Virus record (IMG/VR): IMGVR_UViG_3300037189_015081
Location: 1-64,000 of that record
Length of the DNA: 64,000 nt
Strand: one strand, 5' to 3'
Source: a virus
Made by a program: the position numbers and the translations under genes. Under the pieces are notes generated by a model. It saw nothing but the letters and a program-made list of their open reading frames with translations. It ran no database searches and was not told the DNA's origin. This document shows, one piece after another, positions 1 through 9,763 of the stretch (position 1 is the stretch's first letter; the number at the start of each line of letters is the position of its first letter).

Positions 1-1268
1 ACCCTCCGACATACATCACGTCAGTTGACGCGACAAGTTACCGTATCTACGGGTTGACACCTGGCCAGGAATACTCATTCATTGTTAGCGCAACAAACGT
101 TTACAGTGAGGGACCAACATCAGCACCAGCCTCGGCAACACCGGTGTCAACCACGGTGCAAACGGTCGCAAACCTTGCCGTGCCAAACACGACAAATTCG
201 ACGATCTTCAATGGAACATACGCGATTACAAGTGTATCGTCCGCGAGCACGTTCACGTACGCGCGCAACTCCACGGACACCGTGGCGCAGAGTAGTGTCA
301 ACGCGAACATCGGTACGATCGTGAACAACACCGCTGACAACATTAGCGCCACGAACGTGGCAATCACGACGTCAGGACCAACATCTAGTCAGTTCGCGTA
401 TACGCGATCAATAACCGGTACACTCGGCGATATCCCGGCTGGTACACCGGTTTCAAGTGTTGTTGCAACAAATGCAACGAACACGAACTTCAGTGGAACC
501 AAGACGCTATCAGCCGTGGACCTTGGCGCGGGTACGATTACATACACTGCCGGCGGTTCATCTACAGTGTCATCCGTGGTCGCAAGCGGAACAGCCACGA
601 ACCTGAGTAACACGACATACAATGGAACATTCTCGATCTATAACACGACCGAGACAAAGTTCTCCTATCTTAGCGCGGCAACAAGTCCACCCGACCAGTT
701 GACGTCGTCCGCGTATGGTTCAACAACAAACCTGACAAATGGCTACCTGTATAACAGCAACTCTGCGCAAATTCTGTCAGTTGTAGGGCACAACATGCTC
801 ACGTACACGACAGTCCCTGTCCCTGCAACCTTGAACCCGCACGGTTACACATTTAGCACAACAACAACCGACGCCGACCCGGGTAACGGTGTTGTCCGGT
901 TCAACAACGCGACAGCGTCGAGCGTGACATACCTGTACATTGACAATGTTGACTCCGCTGGAACAACGCGCACGTCATGGTACTCCACCTGGGACGACGT
1001 CGGTGCAACGACGTACGGTCGTGTTGTTATCAGCCAGAACGGAAGCAAATGGGAGTACGCGGTTAGCGCCGCGGTTACCGCGGCAAGCGGCTACTATAAG
1101 ATCCCGGTAACATATATTTCCGGGTCCAGTCTACCCAGCGCCGCGGCAGTGTCTGTTACATTTATCCCGTACCAGCACTCCACGGTTTACGCCCCGTACG
1201 GTTCACTGCGCAAGGCGGATAGTACAGCTAAACTAGACATTAGGTATCGATCAGGCTGGCTTGGCTAG
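1..1268 (+). CDS. Minor tail protein (distal-tail-like C-terminus), 5' truncated by window; FN3-like segment plus Thr/Ser-rich beta repeats
   Basis: Frame is open back to the window start. It begins with an FN3-like LTPGQEYSFIVSATN, carries repeated FNGT(Y/F)xIT motifs and ends IRYRSGWLG like siphophage distal tail proteins. Confidence 0.6.
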   Translation, partial: PPTYITSVDATSYRIYGLTPGQEYSFIVSATNVYSEGPTSAPASATPVSTTVQTVANLAVPNTTNSTIFNGTYAITSVSSASTFTYARNSTDTVAQSSVNANIGTIVNNTADNISATNVAITTSGPTSSQFAYTRSITGTLGDIPAGTPVSSVVATNATNTNFSGTKTLSAVDLGAGTITYTAGGSSTVSSVVASGTATNLSNTTYNGTFSIYNTTETKFSYLSAATSPPDQLTSSAYGSTTNLTNGYLYNSNSAQILSVVGHNMLTYTTVPVPATLNPHGYTFSTTTTDADPGNGVVRFNNATASSVTYLYIDNVDSAGTTRTSWYSTWDDVGATTYGRVVISQNGSKWEYAVSAAVTAASGYYKIPVTYISGSSLPSAAAVSVTFIPYQHSTVYAPYGSLRKADSTAKLDIRYRSGWLG

Positions 1269-1302
1269 TTGTAAAATAGACGTAGGCGTCTAGGAAAGAC
1301 TA

Positions 1303-4300
1303 ATGACAGAAAACACTGTACACTCACCGGTATATCGATACTTCACCGTTGATCTTTTATCAGACGAGATTTTGCAAGAAATCCCGTTCCGCGGCGTGTC
1401 GTACCAGCGCGCCATAAAAGGCGCGGGTTCATTTCAGGGAAGCATCCCGGTTATCAGCGACACCGAGGATCTTGATCTCTATGAAAACACCATGCCCGGT
1501 AACACTGCCGTTTTCATTGTACGAGACGGTGAGTGCGTCTGGGGCGGTATCATCTGGTCGCGCTCATACAACATCGTTGAGCGTGTTCTACAGGTAAACG
1601 CGTCAGAGTTCACGAGCTACTTCTATCATCGCCGCATCTGGAAGACCATAAGCAACGCGTATTCTGGAACCCTTGTTGTCAATAATTCTCTCGCTGAAGT
1701 AACATTCGATGACGGGTACTCCACCACCGTCGACACTGGTTCATCCGTTCTTATCAATTTTGATAGCGCACAAAACATAAAATATGACGGCTACTATTCA
1801 GTCGCGTCTCGACCCGTCCCGACAAGTTCAAAGTTTTATTTGCGCGAGGCAAAAAGCGTACAAAACGTTGCCTATGTAACAGTGTCTAACGGGCTTGCCA
1901 CGATTGAAACCGAAACACATCATCATTTCAATGTGGGGGACACGATCACGGTCAACGTGTTGACCTTTCCAGAGTTCAACGGCACATTTGTGATCAAAAA
2001 CGTTGACTCGAGAACAACTAAAACGTTCATGTACGATCTGTCAATCGCTGACAGGGTTAAAACCCCGGCTACAGGTACCGCCTCACGCGCGCTACCCGAA
2101 GGCGTATACCCGAACAGCACGATCACTACGCGCACTGACACCTATGACTATGTGCGCAGTCTTATCAGCGCGGTTGCGGGTGACTTCACTGGTAGCGATT
2201 TTTCATCAAACTACATTGAACCAGGTATTCGCAAGTACGCGCAGATCATCAGCAAGGAAATCAACTCTGGTGTCGCGATCATTGAAACCGATCACGCGCA
2301 TGAGGCGTCCGTGGGTCAGTCTATTCAGATCAGTGATCTCGGGGCAGAGTTTGACGGTGAACACCGGGTTTCAGCTATTTTGTCTGACACAAAGTTTTCG
2401 TATCCTTTACAAGGTTACTACCCGAAAACAACGGTGTCAGCAAAAACCGCTACGATTTCAGCGGTGCGCGCAAGTAACATGGTGGCAACGGTTGTAACCA
2501 GCGCCGCTCATGGTTACGTTGTCGGTAACACTGTGACAATGTCTGTGGAGCAGGATCTGGGTGATTTTGCTGACGCGTTTAACGGAACATTTACGATAAC
2601 AGGTGTACCGTCAACTACGACGTATCAATATGACATCACGGTCTCTGGTTCACTCCCGTGGCTGTACTTTACACGACCCCTGGCAACGTATGGTGGGACC
2701 GGCTATGATATCACTAGCGGAAGTGTCACACCTGAAACGGTTTACGTCACCTTGACGGCTAGGCAGTCCAGCGGATACTTGCGCACGGTATGGGCGTCCG
2801 GGGACCCGAACATTAAATCCGGTGACACGATAACGATCTCTGGTTCAAACTACTCGGATTTTAACGGAACGTTCACCGCGGTCGGAGACTCCTCCAATGG
2901 AATGATTCTGTACGGCGGGGCAACGAGTTTAAACCTTTCATATGGTTCATTCATTCCGTACAGCCCGGTATTGACGGCGCAGAGAACATCCGCGACACTG
3001 TACACTGAAACCTCTATGGGCGCGACGGTTGGTCAAACCGTTGCTGTATCAAATGCGAACGTTCTTCTACCTATCGCGCAAAAATCCTATGACGCGGGAA
3101 CTGGAACAGCCACTATTGTGACCAGTGACGCACACGGGTTGCAGACTGGCGACAACATTGATATTTTTGGTTTGCGCGACACGGCCGCCATTGTTAGTAG
3201 ACAGGTTGACGGAGCGTCATCTACTAAAACTGTTACTCTTTCAACTGATCAAGGTCATAACTTCAGGATTGGTGACCAGGTGACCGTGAGTGACCTGATT
3301 GATCAGTACGACATTAACTATTTTTCTCCTGGTTCTAGCGTAGTGTCAACGTCCGTACCGCCCAGTATTTCAGCGGGTGACATCGTGACAATCAGCGGTC
3401 TCACAGAGTTCTATACAATTCTCCGGGCGCAACTACAGGACGGTCTCGCAACACTAACAGTGTACTCGCACAATGTTCAAGTAAACCAAGAGATAACAGT
3501 GTCCACGCTAAAGGACACTAGCGTCGTGTCAAGCAAGGAAATATACGAGGGTACCGCGACGCTAAACATTGACGGCGCACACAACTTCGTGATCGGCGAC
3601 GTCGTGCGGGTATCAGGTGTTGATTCAACATTTGATGGAGAATACAAACTCACCAATGTAACCGATTACCAGATTCAATATGAACTTGCAACCGAGGACG
3701 CACTTACCGAGGCAAAGGCGGCGTACGCCGCGGCACTTAAGTCCGCTGTTGATCGCAAGGTTAAGAACCCGCAAAGCGACAAGGATGTTATCCGGACACG
3801 CAATGACGTGACTCGTCTATCCGCCGGGTATAGTACCTTGAGCCCTACCGCATCTAGTGGTACAGTGACGTCGTCTACGAGCGTGTTCAACGGGACATTT
3901 CGTGTATCAGCGGTAACACCCACTACGGTAAGCTACGCCGTTAGCGCAAATGACGTCGTGTCACATGCGATAACCGCGGCGTCGTACACTGTCACGTCGG
4001 GTACCGCCGATGCAACAACGTGCACATTGACGATCACTGACGGGTCAACATACAAGGTCACTGACCTGGCCATCGGAGATAAAATCCATGTTGGTGCTGG
4101 TAGTTCCAGGTTTGACGGCACATTTTTAATCACCGGTATTGACACTACGGCAAAAACCGTGACATACAGCAATAAAGGAACGGCCACGGCAGCAACGAGC
4201 GTCTCGGGAGGTTCCTATATTTCATTGCTATACGAGATCGCCGCGGACAGCTCAATAAATGGCCAGTTCCCAGTGACCGCAATTGCGACCGGCCTCACTA

Positions 4301-5871
4301 ACTACAACGGAAGCCCGGAAAACCTGGTCTATTTTAGCAGGGCTATGAGCGTGGTGTCACGTAGCGCCATTGCTGGTCAGTGCACCGTGACATTTACCAG
4401 TAAATACCCGATTAGCGTTGGAAAATCAGTAACCATTGCCGGCATGCCAACGCAGTATAACGGCACGGTTACCGTAAAATCGTACACGATATCTGGTACG
4501 ACAACGACCGTGGTGTATGACAAGACAGGCGCCACGGCCGAGGCTTTAACAACATCAACTGGTACCGTAACAAATGTCCTAAACTATGACAACATATTTA
4601 CAGGTAAACCTCTTGCAAGTGGCGACCCGCAGCCAATATTGTCCGTGGCCAGCCCGCACAATGGAACATTTTCCATTACCGCTGTGACACGAAACTCCTT
4701 CCAGTTTAGTCAGACTGTCTCTAAGGCAATAAGTTATGTCGCAACAACTGGATCGGCGTCAGTTGACAGTATCTTCAACGTGTCAAACACCGCTATCACT
4801 GTTCCGTCGAGTAAGAGCTTTACGTACTCGATCATGAACGGACCACAGAACAATGTGCTTGAGACGCAGTCAAACCAGCGAGCGTTCGTAAACGTTGACC
4901 AGATTTTTAACGGTACCCAGACAATAACAGCGGTTGACAATAACAGCCGCAAGTTTACATTCCGTGTCACGCCCGTGCGCTCATCGGAAATCCCGCTACA
5001 AATTCTACCCGGTTACGGCCATGCGACGGTTACACCCGCCGCAATCGTGAGCACCTTTGGTCCGTACCCTGGTAGCGCTGATATTGGTATCGAGGTGTCC
5101 ACGCAAGGGTTCTCTGGTAGAAACATTACCCCTACCGTTTACCGTGGATTTGAGCTCAAGGTTGTCGGTGACGTGCTAAACTCTTACGCGGACAACATTG
5201 ACGGGTTTGAGTACCGAGTTGACTGTCGATACGACGCGGATAAGAAAAAGTTCAGGAAGATCTTTACTCTTATCCCGATCAACTTCCCTGCCCCGCCAGC
5301 GCCCGGTGAGGTTTCACCGGCAAGTAGATTCGGCGCGGATAAACTCGTGTTCGAGTATCCCGGTAACATTTCAAATGTGACATTGAATGAAACCGCTGAA
5401 CACTCAGCTACGCGCTTCTTTGCGCTCGGTGAAAATGATCTTGGTCCTAACGCTGGTCCGCCGTTCTCTGTTGATGCGTCAGAGAAGTTCTTGAATGGTC
5501 TAGGTAGTAACCGCCCGTGGCCTCTTCTTGACGCTGACGTAAAAGTGAACAATGTTTACGACCAGTCCTCATTGTACACGTACGCGAACAGGTATCTCAC
5601 TGAGGCGCGCCCGCCGGATGGCCAGTTCACGGTTAGCGTGAATGGTTCACTTGTTCCCTATGTTGGTTCATATAACCCGGGCGACTGGTGCTCGGTTATC
5701 GTGAATGACAAGTTTGTCTTGCAGCGTCTGGCAAATGACATCGAGCTTCGCGATACTGTTCTTATTCGTAAGATCGATTCCATAAGGGTCACGGTTCCTG
5801 ACGGTACAACGTTCCCTGAAAGCGTAGAGCTTACACTTATACCTGAGTGGGAGGTGGACAAGATTGGCTAG
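1303..5871 (+). CDS. Large minor tail/baseplate hub protein (ReqiPepy6 Gp37-like ends) with ~1000-aa insertion of FCCH-like beta repeats
   Basis: N-terminal VRDGECVWGGIIW and C-terminal FEYPGNI...GDWC resemble actinophage minor tail proteins. The middle has many T..HG...GD.V.IS...FNGTF.IT repeats. Confidence 0.7.
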   Translation: MTENTVHSPVYRYFTVDLLSDEILQEIPFRGVSYQRAIKGAGSFQGSIPVISDTEDLDLYENTMPGNTAVFIVRDGECVWGGIIWSRSYNIVERVLQVNASEFTSYFYHRRIWKTISNAYSGTLVVNNSLAEVTFDDGYSTTVDTGSSVLINFDSAQNIKYDGYYSVASRPVPTSSKFYLREAKSVQNVAYVTVSNGLATIETETHHHFNVGDTITVNVLTFPEFNGTFVIKNVDSRTTKTFMYDLSIADRVKTPATGTASRALPEGVYPNSTITTRTDTYDYVRSLISAVAGDFTGSDFSSNYIEPGIRKYAQIISKEINSGVAIIETDHAHEASVGQSIQISDLGAEFDGEHRVSAILSDTKFSYPLQGYYPKTTVSAKTATISAVRASNMVATVVTSAAHGYVVGNTVTMSVEQDLGDFADAFNGTFTITGVPSTTTYQYDITVSGSLPWLYFTRPLATYGGTGYDITSGSVTPETVYVTLTARQSSGYLRTVWASGDPNIKSGDTITISGSNYSDFNGTFTAVGDSSNGMILYGGATSLNLSYGSFIPYSPVLTAQRTSATLYTETSMGATVGQTVAVSNANVLLPIAQKSYDAGTGTATIVTSDAHGLQTGDNIDIFGLRDTAAIVSRQVDGASSTKTVTLSTDQGHNFRIGDQVTVSDLIDQYDINYFSPGSSVVSTSVPPSISAGDIVTISGLTEFYTILRAQLQDGLATLTVYSHNVQVNQEITVSTLKDTSVVSSKEIYEGTATLNIDGAHNFVIGDVVRVSGVDSTFDGEYKLTNVTDYQIQYELATEDALTEAKAAYAAALKSAVDRKVKNPQSDKDVIRTRNDVTRLSAGYSTLSPTASSGTVTSSTSVFNGTFRVSAVTPTTVSYAVSANDVVSHAITAASYTVTSGTADATTCTLTITDGSTYKVTDLAIGDKIHVGAGSSRFDGTFLITGIDTTAKTVTYSNKGTATAATSVSGGSYISLLYEIAADSSINGQFPVTAIATGLTNYNGSPENLVYFSRAMSVVSRSAIAGQCTVTFTSKYPISVGKSVTIAGMPTQYNGTVTVKSYTISGTTTTVVYDKTGATAEALTTSTGTVTNVLNYDNIFTGKPLASGDPQPILSVASPHNGTFSITAVTRNSFQFSQTVSKAISYVATTGSASVDSIFNVSNTAITVPSSKSFTYSIMNGPQNNVLETQSNQRAFVNVDQIFNGTQTITAVDNNSRKFTFRVTPVRSSEIPLQILPGYGHATVTPAAIVSTFGPYPGSADIGIEVSTQGFSGRNITPTVYRGFELKVVGDVLNSYADNIDGFEYRVDCRYDADKKKFRKIFTLIPINFPAPPAPGEVSPASRFGADKLVFEYPGNISNVTLNETAEHSATRFFALGENDLGPNAGPPFSVDASEKFLNGLGSNRPWPLLDADVKVNNVYDQSSLYTYANRYLTEARPPDGQFTVSVNGSLVPYVGSYNPGDWCSVIVNDKFVLQRLANDIELRDTVLIRKIDSIRVTVPDGTTFPESVELTLIPEWEVDKIG

Positions 5872-6820
5872 TAATCTATATCGAGCTAATCAGTCGATTG
5901 GTAATAAGATCAACGCGATTGATAATGATCTTAGTAGCGAGAGAAAGAGCACCTCGGCTCCGCACCTGTTTCCGGGGGATATTCAGGCCGAGCATCTTGC
6001 TACCGATTCTGTTACTACCGACGCACTCGCGACGGACTCTGTGACGTCCGTTCAACTGGCGCGTGGTTCCGTTGGAACCGAGAGTCTTGGTATTGTCAAC
6101 AAGTTGACGTCTGACGGCAACCTGGTCTTGAGTGCTGGTGGAACCGGCCATCTCATGCTGGATGGTACGCAGTACACCTCGCCGTACGACTCGATCAACC
6201 CAAACCAGCTTTATACGCTGGGAGTGCAGGCGTCATCAAACAAGGTAATGATATACCCGTACCCACCGAACAGCGGTTACGTACCAGTCATTCCAACTAG
6301 CGCGGCGGTGGTCAGTGGCGGATCCGCGACCACGAGCACCAATGGCGTTGTGAGCTTCACTGGAACGACCGGGATCCGTCTCAACGGCGTGTTCAGCGCG
6401 GCATACTCCGAGTACGTGGTCAAGTTCTACGCGACCTCGTCGGCCGGCTCCTACTGCTACTGGAAGTTTTCGAGCGGCGGAACAGACAACTCCACCAGCG
6501 CGTACGCGTACACGCTGCTCGCGTTCGGTCCAAGCGACGGCGGACTCACCAAGCAGGGCGGCGCATTCAGCCTGACCTCGGTCGCTCTGGTATACGCGTC
6601 CAGCGGTACTCAGGGTGGAGCTACCACGGTAAATGTGCATCGCCCGTATCAGACGTCCACCGTAAAGACATTGGACTACATAAATGCTTATGGTATCGGA
6701 ACCACTCAGTGGGGTGCGGGCGGACTGGACGTTGCTGGAACTGCATTTGACGGGTTCTCTATTATCGCCTCGAGCGGAACCATCACGGGCTCCGTGCAGG
6801 TTCTTGGAGTTAGGAGCTAG
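5864..6820 (+). CDS. Tail fibre / receptor-binding protein
   Basis: LATDSVT repeats followed by a beta-rich head (LNGVFS..Y..Y ... FDGF...G...V.G) paralogous to 44411..45346. Confidence 0.6.
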   Translation: MASNLYRANQSIGNKINAIDNDLSSERKSTSAPHLFPGDIQAEHLATDSVTTDALATDSVTSVQLARGSVGTESLGIVNKLTSDGNLVLSAGGTGHLMLDGTQYTSPYDSINPNQLYTLGVQASSNKVMIYPYPPNSGYVPVIPTSAAVVSGGSATTSTNGVVSFTGTTGIRLNGVFSAAYSEYVVKFYATSSAGSYCYWKFSSGGTDNSTSAYAYTLLAFGPSDGGLTKQGGAFSLTSVALVYASSGTQGGATTVNVHRPYQTSTVKTLDYINAYGIGTTQWGAGGLDVAGTAFDGFSIIASSGTITGSVQVLGVRS

Positions 6821-6822
6821 AC

Positions 6823-7047
6823 GTGCAAGATATCACCCCGGAAGACTCGGTCACACCGATATATCTCGTGCAGCTTACCGAGGAAGAAGCGACGGAGCTC
6901 GAGCAGCTTGCCGCTCAGGAACAGGCGCGAGTTGTCGCGATCGAGACTCAGCGGGCGGATCGACAGTCAGCTCTTGAAAAACTTGGTGCACTTGGATTGA
7001 CCGAGGACGAGGTTCGCGCGCTTATTTCTGCTAATGACAACCAGTAG
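6823..7047 (+). CDS. Small fibre-associated protein (chaperone-like)
   Basis: Follows the fibre gene and is a clear paralog of 45349..45567 (ITP.DSV.P.YL...TEEE...SAL.KL..LGLTEDE). Confidence 0.55.
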   Translation: MQDITPEDSVTPIYLVQLTEEEATELEQLAAQEQARVVAIETQRADRQSALEKLGALGLTEDEVRALISANDNQ

Positions 7048-7122
7048 ATCAGTGGCTTAGTCGCAGTAAAAACAGCACGTACCGTGTATTATTGAATCAG
7101 CTAATAGTTACGGCACAACGAA

Positions 7123-7386
7123 ATGACAGGAGCAAAAATGTCGTCGCAGTTTGACGCGTACCTCACCAATGAGGACAAGCAGGAGATTGTTCAAAAGCGT
7201 ATCCAGCAGTTTGCCTCGGAAGGTTACCAGTACGAGCTTAACAAAAAACTCGCGACAGAGCAAGGTGACGCTCAGCGCATCGAGTTGGCTGAGAACGAGA
7301 TCAATGTTCGCCAACTCGCAATCCAGCAGCACCTCGCTGAGCTCGAGGATCTGCGCCGGGAGGCGTCATCTGACGCAGCGGTATAG
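7123..7386 (+). CDS. Hypothetical coiled-coil protein
   Basis: Clean ORF rich in Q/E; alternative start at 7138 after GGAG. Confidence 0.6.
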   Translation: MTGAKMSSQFDAYLTNEDKQEIVQKRIQQFASEGYQYELNKKLATEQGDAQRIELAENEINVRQLAIQQHLAELEDLRREASSDAAV

Positions 7387-7388
7387 TC

Positions 7389-7859
7389 GTGTACGAAGTA
7401 AAAGACGGAAACAGGATCCTGCAGTTCGACGGGACGCTACTCGGCGAGTCGTCATCGAGAAACCGCTCATCGGATCGCTGGATTGAGTTCAAGCTCTACC
7501 GCACCGAGAGCGGTTCGTATGTGCTGTCAAGAATTGGTGCATCGCTCACGTTTCATTCCGGCAGTTGCTTTCTTGTAGATAAGTACAAGCTCACGGACGT
7601 ACTTGTTACCGATCTTGACCCTGACGCGATTGGTTGCTCGGAGTGTAAACCAACATTTGAAGCTCCGATCGTGTACCCTGAAAAGTTTAGATACTGGGCA
7701 CAGGTAAGTGAGGATCCAGACGCGGTTCTAGAGGCGCTATACAAGTATGATCGTGGAGGCACACGGTATCTGACCAATGTGGCGCAGCGTCTACTTGAGA
7801 AGGCCGCGAGTCTTGATAGTGGAATTGAGTCAGTGTACCGGATTGAGCGAATTCCATAA
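7389..7859 (+). CDS. Hypothetical phage protein
   Basis: Clean ORF packed in the operon; contains CxxC. Confidence 0.65.
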   Translation: MYEVKDGNRILQFDGTLLGESSSRNRSSDRWIEFKLYRTESGSYVLSRIGASLTFHSGSCFLVDKYKLTDVLVTDLDPDAIGCSECKPTFEAPIVYPEKFRYWAQVSEDPDAVLEALYKYDRGGTRYLTNVAQRLLEKAASLDSGIESVYRIERIP

Positions 7860-7870
7860 GCGCAACTACG

Positions 7871-7879
7871 TGATATAAT
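7871..7879 (+). promoter_or_regulatory. Extended -10 promoter (TGATATAAT) for the nucleotide-modification operon
   Basis: Perfect TGn-TATAAT upstream of the AAGGA RBS and ATG 7906. Confidence 0.6.
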
Positions 7880-7905
7880 TAGTAACAACGACAAAAGGAC
7901 GCAAC

Positions 7906-8919
7906 ATGTTTATCACAATTGAAGGCACAGACGCCTCAGGTAAAACCTCTCTTATCGAGGCCGTAGCAACCGAGCTACGCACGCGCTACCCTGAACAGGA
8001 AATAACGCAGTTTCACAAAAGCAAACCAGAAGAACTAACACGCCGCTGGGTTCTAAACGACTACGTGAACTCGATCGAGGCGATCGACTGGTCTACGCGT
8101 GTAGCGCTCTCAGACCGCTGGCATTGGGGTGAAATAACATACGCGCCGAAATATCGACCGGCAACAAACAAGGACGGCTACGGTCTACTCGGCAAGGCTG
8201 GATGGCGCTGGGTCGAGCTCTTCATGCAGTCCCGCGGTATCGCGCAGTACTGGCTTTATCAGCCCCTAGATGTCATCGAGGCGCGCCTAGCGGCACGCGG
8301 AGACGAGTTCGTAAAGGTCGAAGACCTGCGCGAAATACTTGCCCAGTACGAGATCGCCAATCAGGTGTCAGTGATCCGTAGCAAGATTCAACCGCCAGCC
8401 GACAGCCTTGACAAAATCCCGTCCATCGCCAAACTTATCGTCGATGACGCGGAACAGGTTGCCGCGTGCGTCAAGCCGCTCTCTGCTTTTCCTTACTACA
8501 TCGGTGCGCACAAGCCGAAGGTTCTTCTCGTCGGTGACCGGCACAACGCGACCAAACGCTACGGCAAGGAAACCGATCTGCCGTTCATGCCAGTTGACGG
8601 TAATTCCGCAGAGTACCTGTTGAACTCCCTGCCCGGTGATCTCTGGAAAAACGTCGGTATCGTCAACATCAATGACGGGACAAACGCGGAATCCTTTGAG
8701 ACTCTCTGGAACGTTCTAGGAAAACCACCAGTCGTTGTGCTCGGGAGACTGGCCGAGAAAACGCTAACGCAGATGCTGTTTAGCCAAGATAACTACGTCG
8801 TGCTGCCTCACCCGCAATTTGTACGCCGATTTGCAAACAACCACCAATCAGAGTACGGCGATGCAATCGCACGACTCGCAACAACAATGGACAAGGAAGA
8901 CAAATGGATCCTGCGGTAA
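7906..8919 (+). CDS. dNMP (thymidylate-kinase-like) kinase fused to a uracil-DNA-glycosylase-fold domain
   Basis: N-terminal ITIEGTDASGKTS P-loop and DRW motif. C-terminal KVLLVGD..PF..VN..VVVLGRLA..LPHPQ follows the UDG superfamily motif order. Confidence 0.75.
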   Translation: MFITIEGTDASGKTSLIEAVATELRTRYPEQEITQFHKSKPEELTRRWVLNDYVNSIEAIDWSTRVALSDRWHWGEITYAPKYRPATNKDGYGLLGKAGWRWVELFMQSRGIAQYWLYQPLDVIEARLAARGDEFVKVEDLREILAQYEIANQVSVIRSKIQPPADSLDKIPSIAKLIVDDAEQVAACVKPLSAFPYYIGAHKPKVLLVGDRHNATKRYGKETDLPFMPVDGNSAEYLLNSLPGDLWKNVGIVNINDGTNAESFETLWNVLGKPPVVVLGRLAEKTLTQMLFSQDNYVVLPHPQFVRRFANNHQSEYGDAIARLATTMDKEDKWILR

Positions 8920-9761
8920 TCAACATTCAAGACGGCGTCAACGGCTACGTTGACCTGGTCCAGCACGTGCTCGAACACGGCAAGGAGGTCGCGCCTCGCG
9001 GAATGAAAACGCGTGAGATCGAGGACGCGATTATCCGCATCGACGACGTGTACAACGCGCTGCCGCTTAACATTAATCGCGGAACGGTTCCAGGTATCGG
9101 TGCCGTCGAGGCAATGCAGCTTCTTGCCGGCGTCAGTGACCCTGAACTTGTCATCGCGGTAGGTCCACAGTTTAAGAACTACGCCGAGGACAATGGACAG
9201 TTCCACGGTGCGTACGGTTTGCGAACCGCTGGACAATACGAGGTTGTTGTCGATCGACTCAAGAACGACCCCGACACTCGACAGGCCGTTGTCACGATCT
9301 GGGATCCAAAGTTCGACACTCTCCCGGAGAAACGCGACTATCCGTGCACGGTACTGCACCAGTTCCGTATCCGCGACAACAGGCTCAACATGAGCATCTA
9401 CATGCGATCAAATGACGTATGGCTCGGTTCCGCGTATGACTTCTTCCAGTTTACCCGCGTACAGCTCGCAATCGCGTCCGTTCTCGGTATTGAACCTGGA
9501 ACGTACAACCACCACGTCGGGTCGCTGCACATCTATGAGCAGCACTATGACGTCGCTGATCGTCTCACCAAAACGGACGAGTACACGCGGGTACCATACA
9601 TCCAGGGATCAACCTGGAATGAGATTAAAACACAGGCGTTCCTGGCGCTTGAATCAGCCAAGAACCCAGAGCTACGCGGCGCTCTCACTGAGGACGCCGC
9701 GTGGTACGGTGACGCCATGCGAAACGCCGTGCTCAAGAACAAGGCCAAGGCGGAAAACTAA
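8904..9761 (+). CDS. Thymidylate-synthase-superfamily enzyme, dCMP hydroxymethylase-like (cytosine-specific Asp)
   Basis: DYPCT catalytic Cys and SLHIY. MRSNDVWLGSAYD has Asp at the position of E. coli ThyA Asn177, as in T4 gp42. Confidence 0.8.
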   Translation: MDPAVINIQDGVNGYVDLVQHVLEHGKEVAPRGMKTREIEDAIIRIDDVYNALPLNINRGTVPGIGAVEAMQLLAGVSDPELVIAVGPQFKNYAEDNGQFHGAYGLRTAGQYEVVVDRLKNDPDTRQAVVTIWDPKFDTLPEKRDYPCTVLHQFRIRDNRLNMSIYMRSNDVWLGSAYDFFQFTRVQLAIASVLGIEPGTYNHHVGSLHIYEQHYDVADRLTKTDEYTRVPYIQGSTWNEIKTQAFLALESAKNPELRGALTEDAAWYGDAMRNAVLKNKAKAEN

Positions 9762-9763
9762 AA

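Noticed and set aside
8904-9761. Canonical thymidylate synthase thyA
   Set aside because: It has Asp instead of the dUMP-specifying Asn and PCT instead of PCH.
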